Shown here: piece by piece, positions 24,627 to 32,720 of the stretch
Layout: each line of letters opens with the position of its first letter
Position numbering within the stretch: position 1 is the stretch's first letter
Source: Candidatus Sericytochromatia bacterium
GTDB lineage: Bacteria; Cyanobacteriota; Sericytochromatia; S15B-MN24; JAQBPE01
Length of the DNA: 38,424 bases
Direction of reading: 5' to 3'
NCBI GenBank assembly: GCA_035285125.1
Contig: JAYKHR010000102.1
Coordinates: forward strand, 1 to 38,424
The notes under the pieces: model-generated
The model's input: the letters and a program-made list of their open reading frames with translations, nothing else
Databases searched by the model: none
Told to the model about the DNA's origin: nothing
Position numbers and translations under genes: made by a program

Positions 24627-25843
24627 GGGAGGCTCCTCAGGGTGCGGGCCACGTCGATGCGGCCGTGGGCGGTTTCCTCGTCGAAGCCCGGTTTGCCCAG
24701 ATCGAGCGCCCCGCGCTTCAAGTGCGTGAGCACGGCCTCGGCGTCCAGCGCAGGGCGGGCACTGCGCACCAGCGCCGCCAGGCCGGCCACGTGGGGGGCG
24801 GCCATCGAGGTGCCGGACATGGTCCAGAAGCCCTGCCGGGGCATGGTGCTCAAGATCTCGTGCCCAGGGGCCATCAGCGACATCCAGACGCCGTAGTTGG
24901 AGAACGTCGCGCGCTGGTCCTCGGCGTTGGTGGCGCCCACGGCGATCACGCCCCTGTTCGCGGCCGGATAGAACGACGCGAACCTGCCGTCGTTGCCCAT
25001 GGCCGCGACCACGACGGCGCCCTTGGAGCGGGCGTGGTCTACGGCCGCCTGTTTGGCCTCGCTCCCGTTGACGCTGCCGATGCTGAGGTTGATCACGTGG
25101 GCGCCGTGGTCGGCGGCCCACACGATGCCTTGGCATACCTTGGCGACGTCCCCCGCGCCGTTGGCGTCGAGCACCTTCACGGCCATCAGCGTGACCTCGG
25201 GGGCGACGCCGGCCACGCCGAGGCCGTTGTCCGCCGCGGCGCCCACGATGCCGGCACAGTGCGTGCCGTGCGCGTTGTCGCCCATCGGGTCGTCGTCGCC
25301 ATTGGCGAAGTCCCGCCCCTTGATCACGCGCCCCTCGAACTCGGCGTGGGTGTAGTCGATCCCGGTGTCGACGATCGCCACCACGACCTCGCGGGAGCCG
25401 CGGGTGACGGCCCAGCCCTCCTGCGCGTGGATGGCCTGCAGCCCCCACTGCTGGTCACGCATCGGGTCTGGCACTCTGACCGCGAGGGCGGGGGGGGCCA
25501 GGACGGGGGCGAGGCGCTCGCGGGCGTTGGGCTCGGCCCACCGCACGCTGGGCTCCCGGCGGAGCCGGGCCAGCGCGGCCCCGACCTCGCCGGTGGCCCT
25601 GACCACCACCATGCCGATCGCAGGCACGAGCCCCACCTGGGTGAGGCCGTGGCGCCGCGCCAGGGGCGCGAAGCCGGCGCCCTGGCCGGTGCGCAAGCCC
25701 ACCAGGATCTCGTCGGTGGTCACCGCGGCCGCGCTGACAGGACCTCGGGAGACAGACTGGGAGAGGTCGGGGGGACGTTGACCGCAGCCGAACGTCGCGG
25801 CTGCCGCGAGGGCGAGGGGCAGGGGGCGGGCAAGCCACGTCAT
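24623..25843 (-). CDS. S8 subtilisin-like serine protease lipoprotein (copy 2)
   Basis: Lipobox TFGC, prodomain, catalytic IVDTGID / HGTHCAG / GTSMAAPHV, and oxyanion AAMGN. Confidence 0.93.
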   Translation of the reverse strand: MTWLARPLPLALAAAATFGCGQRPPDLSQSVSRGPVSAAAVTTDEILVGLRTGQGAGFAPLARRHGLTQVGLVPAIGMVVVRATGEVGAALARLRREPSVRWAEPNARERLAPVLAPPALAVRVPDPMRDQQWGLQAIHAQEGWAVTRGSREVVVAIVDTGIDYTHAEFEGRVIKGRDFANGDDDPMGDNAHGTHCAGIVGAAADNGLGVAGVAPEVTLMAVKVLDANGAGDVAKVCQGIVWAADHGAHVINLSIGSVNGSEAKQAAVDHARSKGAVVVAAMGNDGRFASFYPAANRGVIAVGATNAEDQRATFSNYGVWMSLMAPGHEILSTMPRQGFWTMSGTSMAAPHVAGLAALVRSARPALDAEAVLTHLKRGALDLGKPGFDEETAHGRIDVARTLRSLP

Positions 25844-25876
25844 GGGCTGGATCCTCGATGCTGGCACACGGGATGC

Positions 25877-25906
25877 TTTATCTTAACATTAAGTATCGAT
25901 TAAGCA
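25877..25906 (-). promoter_or_regulatory. Promoter of subtilase 2: TTAA-N7-TTAA followed by extended -10 TGTTAAGAT
   Basis: + strand TTTATCTT AAC ATTAAGTA TCG ATTAAGCA, which aligns with 27326-27355. Confidence 0.6.
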
Positions 25907-25980
25907 AGGCGGCGCCGGCGGGGCCGAGGGCGGCGTGGCCCGGGCGGCGCCGACGCAGTGGCAGGCGCCCCGGGGCCCGG

Positions 25981-27207
25981 TCAGCGGCGCTTCAGGGTGG
26001 CGCTGGCGTCGATCCGGCCGTGGCCGAACTGGGGGTCGAAGCCTGCCGCGCCAAGGTCCTTGGCGGCCCGTTGGATGGCGGTCGCAACCGCGTCGGGGCC
26101 CAGGTCTGGGGAGGCGCTGCGCACGAGCCCGGCCAGGCCCGCCACGTGAGGCGTCGCCATCGAGGTGCCCGAGAAGGTCGCGTACCCACCGTCAGGCACC
26201 GTCGAGAGGATCTGATGCCCGGGGGCGCCCACGGCGATCCAGTTGCCGAAGTTCGAGAAGGTGGCCCGCGTGTCGTCCGCGGTCGTTGCCCCCACGCCGA
26301 TGGCCCCCTTGCTGGCGCCGGGATAGACGGCCACGTTGGCGCCGTTGTTGCCCATCGCGGCGACGACCACCGCTCCCTTGGCGCGGGCGTAGTCGACGGC
26401 TGCCTGCTTGGCGTCCTTGCCGCCCGGCCCGCCCAGGCTCAGGCTGATCACGTCAGCCCCGTGATCGGCTGCCCAGACGATCCCCCCGCACACCGCGTCC
26501 GTCGAGCCGGAGCCGCTGTCGGAGAGCACCTTGACGGCCATCAGCGTGACGCCTGGCGCCACGCCCGCGATGCCGATGCCGTTGGCCGCGCTGGCGCCCG
26601 CGATGCCAGCGCAGTGGGTGCCGTGCGAGTGCCCATCCATCGGGTCGTCGTCGTTGTTGGCGAAGTCCCGCCCCTTGATCACGCGGCCCGTCAGGTCGGG
26701 GTGGTTGTAATCGATGCCGGTGTCCACGATGGCGACGACCGTCTCGGGCACGCCGGGCGTGACCTGCCAGGCCGCCTCGGCCCCGATCTTCGCCAGGCCC
26801 CATTGCTGGCCGAGGAGCGGGTCACCCTGGCCCTGGGCCGGGGGGCTGGGCGCCTCGCCGCGACGCACCGGCGGCAGGCTCTCGACCGCGTTGGGTTCGG
26901 CGAACACGACGCCGCCCTGGGCGCGCAGGGCCTCGAGGGCCACCTTCACCGGGCCGGACGTGCGCATCACGGCGACGTCGATGCCGGGGATCTCCCGCAG
27001 CATCTCCACCCCTGCCGCCCGGGCCACCGCCGGACCGTTGCGCTTGGCACGGCCGGGCTGGAAGCCCACGAGGATCTGGCCCGGCACGGCCTGCAGCGTC
27101 GTCCAAGAAGCCTGGCGCGCGGCACCCTGGGAGGAAAGGGTCGCCCCGCCACAGCCGGCGAGCGCCAAGGTGAGGGCCAACAGGCACGAGGTCTGGACGT
27201 GGCGCAA
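25981..27207 (-). CDS. S8 subtilisin-like serine protease lipoprotein (copy 1)
   Basis: TTG 27207 after GGGAG. Lipobox LAGC and IVDTGID / HGTHCAG / GTSMATPHV. Tandem paralog of 24623..25843. Confidence 0.92.
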   Translation of the reverse strand: MRHVQTSCLLALTLALAGCGGATLSSQGAARQASWTTLQAVPGQILVGFQPGRAKRNGPAVARAAGVEMLREIPGIDVAVMRTSGPVKVALEALRAQGGVVFAEPNAVESLPPVRRGEAPSPPAQGQGDPLLGQQWGLAKIGAEAAWQVTPGVPETVVAIVDTGIDYNHPDLTGRVIKGRDFANNDDDPMDGHSHGTHCAGIAGASAANGIGIAGVAPGVTLMAVKVLSDSGSGSTDAVCGGIVWAADHGADVISLSLGGPGGKDAKQAAVDYARAKGAVVVAAMGNNGANVAVYPGASKGAIGVGATTADDTRATFSNFGNWIAVGAPGHQILSTVPDGGYATFSGTSMATPHVAGLAGLVRSASPDLGPDAVATAIQRAAKDLGAAGFDPQFGHGRIDASATLKRR

Positions 27208-27325
27208 GGCGTGGTTCTCCCTGAAAGCACGACGGCGGCCGATGGGCGAGGCCGTCGCTGCGAAGGCAGCCAGGGCCTTCGCGGGTGCCGACACCAGGCT
27301 CCGCTGATGCGGGAAAGCTGGTCCT

Positions 27326-27355
27326 CTTATCATAACATTAATCCAGACTTAACCT
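27326..27355 (-). promoter_or_regulatory. Promoter of subtilase 1: TTAA-N7-TTAA followed by extended -10 TGTTATGAT
   Basis: + strand CTTATCAT AAC ATTAATCC AGA CTTAACCT (11-bp period), the same layout as 25877-25906. Confidence 0.6.
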
Positions 27356-27550
27356 CAAATCCTCTGTTGACCGCGCCGGGCCCTTCGCCTTGCCCACCAG
27401 CTTGGCGCCCCCCTGCGACACCACGTGGCCTCCCGCGCGTTCAGGTTGCACCAAGACGGGGTTCGGGGGGACCTGGCCGCAGCCCGTCGGCAAGCGGAGC
27501 AACCCGGCGATGGCCGCGGCGCGACCCACGAACTTCACGACGGACACCAT
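27338..27550 (-). pseudogene. Short lipoprotein-like ORF, probably a truncated remnant (or a small protein)
   Basis: Strong AGGAGG RBS and an AT-rich upstream region with TTGACT. Signal-like N-terminus ends TGC but has Arg/Pro in the h-region. The 3' end runs into the subtilase promoter. Confidence 0.4.
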
Positions 27551-27972
27551 GGGGCCACCTCCTGCTCGACCCCCTGATTGTTATAGATTTAAACTATATA
27601 GTCAATACAAAATATCTAATTTTCGGCCCCGCGGCCTGTGCCAGGCGTGACGCCAGGTACCGAGGGTGGCGCTTTCGGCTCGCCGAGGGGCGCTTGCAGG
27701 CGTGAGCTGGGATCATCGGGACGGGACCCTGCTGCCGCGCTGCGGTGGCTGATGCGAACCCCCCGTGGGATGCGGCCCAGGCGGGTGAAGGCATCTTCGG
27801 GCCTCGCCCAGGGCGGACAGGGCCCTCGCCACCATCCGGGTGGGGCCCCGCAGGGTGCCTGGAGCCGGGCCAGGGACGAGAGGTCCGTAGTCGCCTCAGG
27901 GAACATGGCCACGGTGGCAGCCCGGGCGTCCGGCGGTATAGGGACCATGTGCCCCCACGCAGTGGATGCCGG

Positions 27973-29772
27973 ATGCGGTCCTTCACGCTCCCGAGGCTGG
28001 CCCTCGCGTCTCTCTTGCTTGCTCCCGCCGTCGGCTGCGCGGGCTTCACGACCTCGCCGCAGCGCCCCCCGGGGCTGACGGTGCGCGCTGCGGGTGAGAC
28101 GCTGGCGCCCGTGGGGCCTGCGAAGCTATCCGGCACGGCCGTCGGGCCCGAGGGGCTGGCGGGGGCCAATCTCGTCGCGAACAACGCGGGCCGGCTGACG
28201 TCGGCACGCTACGCCGTGCGAGCCGTCGCGCAGCTGCCCGTCTCCAGCGCCGTCGTGTACCTCACGGATGCCGACGAGCGCTTCTTTGCGCTGAACGGCA
28301 GGCCCGTCATGGCCACGACGGATGTCCGGGGGCGTTATGCCTTCACCAGCGGGGTGCCCCTCGGGGAGGTCGTGATCGTGAACGTCATCTTGGCCAACAA
28401 CCGTCGGGTGGTGGGCTTCACCGTCCCTCGGGCGGGCCAGAACGTCGTGGACGTGAGCGTGGCCACCACCTATGTGACGGAGTTCCTGCGGCTCCGGGCG
28501 GCGCGGGCGGGCAAGCCGATGGCCGCCTTCGACACGGCGCGCCTGCCTGGCCTCACCCGCCTCACGGAGCGGGCGCTCGAGACGGGTGACCTGGCAGCGC
28601 CCGATCTCGCCATCGGGGCCATCACGCAGCTGAACCAGGCCTATGCCCTGGCCGTCGGGCTCAACAAGCAGGGGCTCGGGGATGCCTGGGCCGCGATGCT
28701 GGGGGAGCGTACGCTCGCGATGACCACCGTCGCGGGCAGCGGCGAGAGCGGGTTCGGTGGGAACGGCGAACCGGCGGAGGCCGCGCAGCTATACAAGCCC
28801 AAGGGGATCGCCCGGGATCGCGACGGCAACGTGTACATTGCCGACGAGGGCAACCACGCCATCCGCCGCGTGGCGCCGACGGGCGTGATCACGACCTACT
28901 CGGGGAAGGGGATGCCCCAGTTTTCCGGGGACGGCGGGCCCGCGGCGGAGGCCGGCCTGTGGTGGCCGCGCACCGTCGCGTTCGCGCCGGGCGGCACCCT
29001 CTACGTGGCAGACACCCTGAACATGCGAATCCGCAGCATCGATCTGGGCACGGGCGTCATCGCGACGGTGGCTGGGGCCCCACAGCAGGCTGCGGGGGTC
29101 TTCCTCAACGACTTTGCCGGGGATGGTGGGCCCGCCAGCCAGGCCCGGCTCGCGGGCGTGCGCGGCCTGGCCGTGGACTCTCTCGGCCGGCTGGTGTTCG
29201 CGGACACGTGGGACAACGACGGGGGCTCCTGGCACCACATCCGCCGCATCGACACGAACGGGGTGATCACGACGCTCGTCGGGGTCGACGGCCGGCACGG
29301 CTTCACCGGCGACGGCAAGCCCGGCCGGGAAACGGCCATCAACTACGTCAACCAGGTCGCTGTCGATCGGGAGGACCACGTCTTCTTCGCGGACGCGCGC
29401 AACCACCGCGTGCGCCGGTATGACGACGACACGGGCCTGGTCACGACCGTCGCGGGGACGGGCGAGGAGGGCACGGCTGGCGACGGTGGGCCTGCCACCG
29501 GGGCCCAGCTGAGCAGCCCCTACGGCGTGGCGGTGGACCTCCAAGGCCGCCTCTTCATCGCCGAGCGGGGCTCCCGCCGCATCCGCCTGGTGGATCGGGA
29601 CGGCACCATCCGAACGCTGGCCGGGGGCGGGACCTTCACCGGCGATGGCGAGGCCCTCGCCACCGCCCTCGTCGAGCCCCACGACCTGCTGCTGGAGCCG
29701 GACGGCAACTTGCTCATCTGTGACAGCCGGGCTGCCAAGGTCAGGCGCCTCTGGCTCCAGTGGGGGATGTGA
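27973..29772 (+). CDS. NHL-repeat (beta-propeller) lipoprotein
   Basis: Lipobox AVGC and about six TVAG.G..G..GDGGPA..A.L..P.G.A.D..G..YIAD repeats. Confidence 0.9.
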   Translation: MRSFTLPRLALASLLLAPAVGCAGFTTSPQRPPGLTVRAAGETLAPVGPAKLSGTAVGPEGLAGANLVANNAGRLTSARYAVRAVAQLPVSSAVVYLTDADERFFALNGRPVMATTDVRGRYAFTSGVPLGEVVIVNVILANNRRVVGFTVPRAGQNVVDVSVATTYVTEFLRLRAARAGKPMAAFDTARLPGLTRLTERALETGDLAAPDLAIGAITQLNQAYALAVGLNKQGLGDAWAAMLGERTLAMTTVAGSGESGFGGNGEPAEAAQLYKPKGIARDRDGNVYIADEGNHAIRRVAPTGVITTYSGKGMPQFSGDGGPAAEAGLWWPRTVAFAPGGTLYVADTLNMRIRSIDLGTGVIATVAGAPQQAAGVFLNDFAGDGGPASQARLAGVRGLAVDSLGRLVFADTWDNDGGSWHHIRRIDTNGVITTLVGVDGRHGFTGDGKPGRETAINYVNQVAVDREDHVFFADARNHRVRRYDDDTGLVTTVAGTGEEGTAGDGGPATGAQLSSPYGVAVDLQGRLFIAERGSRRIRLVDRDGTIRTLAGGGTFTGDGEALATALVEPHDLLLEPDGNLLICDSRAAKVRRLWLQWGM

Positions 29773-29972
29773 GGCCCCCGCGCCTGGCCGCCTGACGCCA
29801 GGGCTCGCCCGAGGCCCAGGCGCGCGCCGCAAGGGCGCCAGGCTGCGTGATCCCGGGCTCTTAAGGATGATTCATATTTGGGTTAAAACCCGAAGGACGG
29901 GCGCTGCCTGGCGCCATAAACATCGTGTGACAGCTGGTGGCCCGCAGGCCCCCCGACCTGGAGGTCCTCACG

Positions 29973-30647
29973 ATGGAACGGCAGCACGTCTTTACCCTCG
30001 CAGCGGCCCTCGCGGTGGCCTTCGTGGCTGGCTGCAACACGCCCGCCCCCACCGCCTCCCTGCGGCTTGCGCCTGGGTCGAAGGCCGCTGCGGCGCGGCC
30101 CGTGGCCGAGCGCCAGCACGTGCCCGGCCCCACCTCGCTGGCGGGGCGCAAGGTGAACGAGCACCGCACCGCGTTCACGGTGCAGGTGCCTGCCGAGCAG
30201 GCCGGGACTGGCTCCGTGGCCCTGGAGTTCGTGCTGCCCCGGGCGCAGGGTTACAGCCTGCAGGCCACGGCGGCTGACATCCAGACCATCACCGTCACCC
30301 TGAAGACGCGGACCTTCCTGCTTCTCAGGACCGTCGCCACGGCAGAGGTCCGGCGGGACCAGATCCTCAACGGGCGCGCCGCCGTGAACTTCACGGGGCT
30401 GGCAGCGGGCTCCTACACCCTCGACATCGCCGCCACGGATGCCGCGGGGGCCAACATCGGTTCTGGTACGACCAACGCCAGCGTCGTGGATGGGCAGACC
30501 ACCATGGTCGATGCGCAGCTCCGGCTGGTGTCCTCGGCCACCCCGACGGCCACGCCCACGCCCACGCCCACGCCTGTCCCGACGCCCACCCCCACCCCCG
30601 CGCCCGCCACGGGCCTCGGCGTCAACGTCTCGATCATCGACGGCTGA
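29973..30647 (+). CDS. Hypothetical lipoprotein: beta-sandwich domain, (TP)n linker and terminal beta-strand
   Basis: GGAGG RBS, lipobox VAGC, F.GL..GSYTL.I.A.D..G..IGSG pattern, TP repeat, and C-terminal GLGVNVSIIDG. Confidence 0.75.
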   Translation: MERQHVFTLAAALAVAFVAGCNTPAPTASLRLAPGSKAAAARPVAERQHVPGPTSLAGRKVNEHRTAFTVQVPAEQAGTGSVALEFVLPRAQGYSLQATAADIQTITVTLKTRTFLLLRTVATAEVRRDQILNGRAAVNFTGLAAGSYTLDIAATDAAGANIGSGTTNASVVDGQTTMVDAQLRLVSSATPTATPTPTPTPVPTPTPTPAPATGLGVNVSIIDG

Positions 30648-30680
30648 TCGCCCCGTTCCCCCGCGAGAGGAAGACGCGCC

Positions 30681-31382
30681 ATGCGGACATGTCAGACCCT
30701 CCTGGCCCTGGTGCTCGTCGCCGCCTCGCTTGCAGGCTGCGGCAAGAACCCCACCGCCTCCGTGCCTGCCGAGCAGCGCACCCGGTTCGGCGCTGGCGTG
30801 AAGGCCAAGGCGGTGCCGTCACCCGCCGCGGTCGCCCCCAAGGAGAGCACCTACCTCTCGGCGCCGCCGGCGTCCGTCACGACCCGGCCCGGGGCGAAAG
30901 CCAGCGCAGCGCCTGCTGCCCCGGCAGCGCCGGTCCAGAAGCTCGGCGCCGTGCGCCTGAAGGTTCGCACCTTCGGCCCTGCGGCCGTCGGCTCCCTCGT
31001 GCTCAACGTCATCAGCCACGCCGACCCCTCGCTCGCCGCGATGGTGCCGCTGGCGATGAATGGGGCCGAGGCGGACTGGGAGACCGAGGACCTCGTCCCC
31101 GGGATGTACGACATGATCCTCGAGGTCCGGGACGTGGCCGGCCAGCGCATCGGCAGCGGAAAGGCCGTCGCGGAGGTCGTGGCCGGCGAAATCGCCGCCG
31201 TGGCCGTCGACATCACGGTGCAGCCGCCGGCTTCGGCCACGCCGGCCCCTGGCAACGGCGGCAGCGCAGGGGGCGGCACCGCCGCCACCGAGACGCCCAC
31301 GCCCGTGCCGACGTCGCCCGCCTCTGCCACGCCGGCGCCCGTCGCTGGCGGCACCCTCGGCATCCGCGTCGAGTTCCTCTGA
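30681..31382 (+). CDS. Hypothetical lipoprotein related to the upstream gene: beta-sandwich, Pro/Thr linker and terminal beta-strand
   Basis: GAGAGG RBS, lipobox LAGC, DLVPGMYDMILEVRDVAGQRIGSG, and C-terminal GTLGIRVEFL. Confidence 0.75.
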   Translation: MRTCQTLLALVLVAASLAGCGKNPTASVPAEQRTRFGAGVKAKAVPSPAAVAPKESTYLSAPPASVTTRPGAKASAAPAAPAAPVQKLGAVRLKVRTFGPAAVGSLVLNVISHADPSLAAMVPLAMNGAEADWETEDLVPGMYDMILEVRDVAGQRIGSGKAVAEVVAGEIAAVAVDITVQPPASATPAPGNGGSAGGGTAATETPTPVPTSPASATPAPVAGGTLGIRVEFL

Positions 31383-31552
31383 CGCCCGCCAGCTCGCGTC
31401 GAGCGGGCTGCTCCGGGGCCGGTCCCTCGCCTGGTCGAGGGGCCGGCCCTTCGCGGTTTGGAAGGAGCGCCGGCGGGGCCTGATCCGAACACATGCTTTG
31501 CTCAGGCTTCAGTTTTCGTTAGGGAATCCTTTACCGAATTCGCGGTGGCCCC

Positions 31553-31560
31553 GCCGATAA
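31553..31560 (+). promoter_or_regulatory. Possible sigma28-type -10 element (GCCGATAA)
   Basis: Exact FliA -10 consensus about 43 nt upstream of ATG 31604. The -35 match is poor. Confidence 0.35.
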
Positions 31561-31603
31561 CTACCTAGACCTCACCGCCCCGTGAACCTGGAGGGAGCCT
31601 GGT

Positions 31604-32254
31604 ATGCCTGAAGTCCCCGTCAACGGTTACTTCAACGTCACGACCCAGCCGGGCGTGACCCCTCCGCCGCCGCCCGCGGGCTGGCCGCCGCCCGTCACGG
31701 TGCCCGTGAATAACGCCCCCTCCTTCAACCCGCAGGGGATGGACGCTTACATCGGGGCCGTGGCACAGTATGCGCCACTGGCCGCCGGTGCCATCCCGGG
31801 GCGGTCTGCCGCTGCCTCCGTGGGGGAGGCCAAGGGCCTGTTCGCCAAGGCCGCGCGCTCCAAGTCCGCCACCACCGCGGCGCGGGCCAGCCAGGCCGGG
31901 CGCAGCGCGCTCTTCGGCTCCGTGATGGGCGCCATCAAGAGCTCCGTCATCGTGAACGGGTTGCTGACCGTCGCGGTCAACGGCTACAAGCTCGCCACTG
32001 GCAAGGCGACGCTGGCCGATGCCGGCTCCGCCGTGTCTGGCGACATGATGTCCGCGGTCGTGGGCGGGGCGGCGGGTGGCGCTGCCTCCGCGATGGGCAC
32101 CTTCGCGCTCGCCGGCATCCTCGGCACGGGCCTGCCCCTCACGCTGGTGGGCATGGGCCTTGGCATCGCCGGCTACCTGGTGGCGGACTCCTTCCTGCGG
32201 CAGACGAAGCTCTACAACGACGTGAAGACGTCCGTGCGCAACATGCTGGCCTGA
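31604..32254 (+). CDS. Hypothetical Gly/Ala-rich membrane-associated protein (glycine-zipper-like)
   Basis: GGAGG RBS, Pro-rich N-terminus, hydrophobic GxxxG helices, and a downstream terminator. Confidence 0.75.
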   Translation: MPEVPVNGYFNVTTQPGVTPPPPPAGWPPPVTVPVNNAPSFNPQGMDAYIGAVAQYAPLAAGAIPGRSAAASVGEAKGLFAKAARSKSATTAARASQAGRSALFGSVMGAIKSSVIVNGLLTVAVNGYKLATGKATLADAGSAVSGDMMSAVVGGAAGGAASAMGTFALAGILGTGLPLTLVGMGLGIAGYLVADSFLRQTKLYNDVKTSVRNMLA

Positions 32255-32274
32255 CCTGCAGCACGCGAGGAGTC

Positions 32275-32306
32275 ACGGCCCCCCAGTCGGGGGGCCGTTT
32301 TGATTT
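32275..32306 (+). terminator. Intrinsic terminator
   Basis: Perfect 10-bp stem ACGGCCCCCC-agtc-GGGGGGCCGT followed by TTTGATTT, 20 nt after the stop codon. Confidence 0.85.
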
Positions 32307-32544
32307 GGGCCTCCGGCGTCGTCGTGCCGTGGGCCTGGCTTGCCATCTCGGCGCGAGGGCTGGGGGCCTCCGCCACCTCTGCGCGGCGACCCTCGACGGC
32401 GCCAAGCAAACGCTCCTGCGCCTGGCAGGCGGTTGGCCCACCGGTGCTCGCGGGGCTGTTCGCCTGCTTCGAATAGTGGACTGCGCAGGTCCCAAAAGCC
32501 TTCCCGTCTCTGTCTTCGGGAATACGGCCGGGAGTTTCTGGCGT

Positions 32545-32576
32545 TATGATTTGCGTCACAGCGAGCGTGTTATAAT
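32545..32576 (+). promoter_or_regulatory. CRP-type box (TATGA-N6-TCACA) overlapping the extended -10 promoter (TGtTATAAT) of the crp-family gene
   Basis: 9/10 match to TGTGA-N6-TCACA at 32545-32560. TG-n-TATAAT at 32568-32576. Confidence 0.65.
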
Positions 32577-32720
32577 CGCCGCTAATCTCGTTATGTTACC
32601 TGCCCATGCACCAGCCGAGCGCCGGCTTCACTGCCAACAGCGCCAACATGGGAGGGGCCGCCCGCCGCCAATCGGGTCTGCCGCGATCCCGATTCAGTAC
32701 GTCAAGGGAGCACACCTCCG

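Noticed and set aside
30536..30612. Hexamer repeat (ACGCCC)n as a contingency locus or CRISPR-like array
   Set aside because: It is an in-frame, degenerate repeat coding for a Thr-Pro linker, with no spacers.
32305..32545. ORFs 32305..32880 and 32212..32559, or an ncRNA, between the terminator and the crp promoter
   Set aside because: No RBS, atypical composition, overlap with the terminator/promoter, and no recognisable RNA motif.
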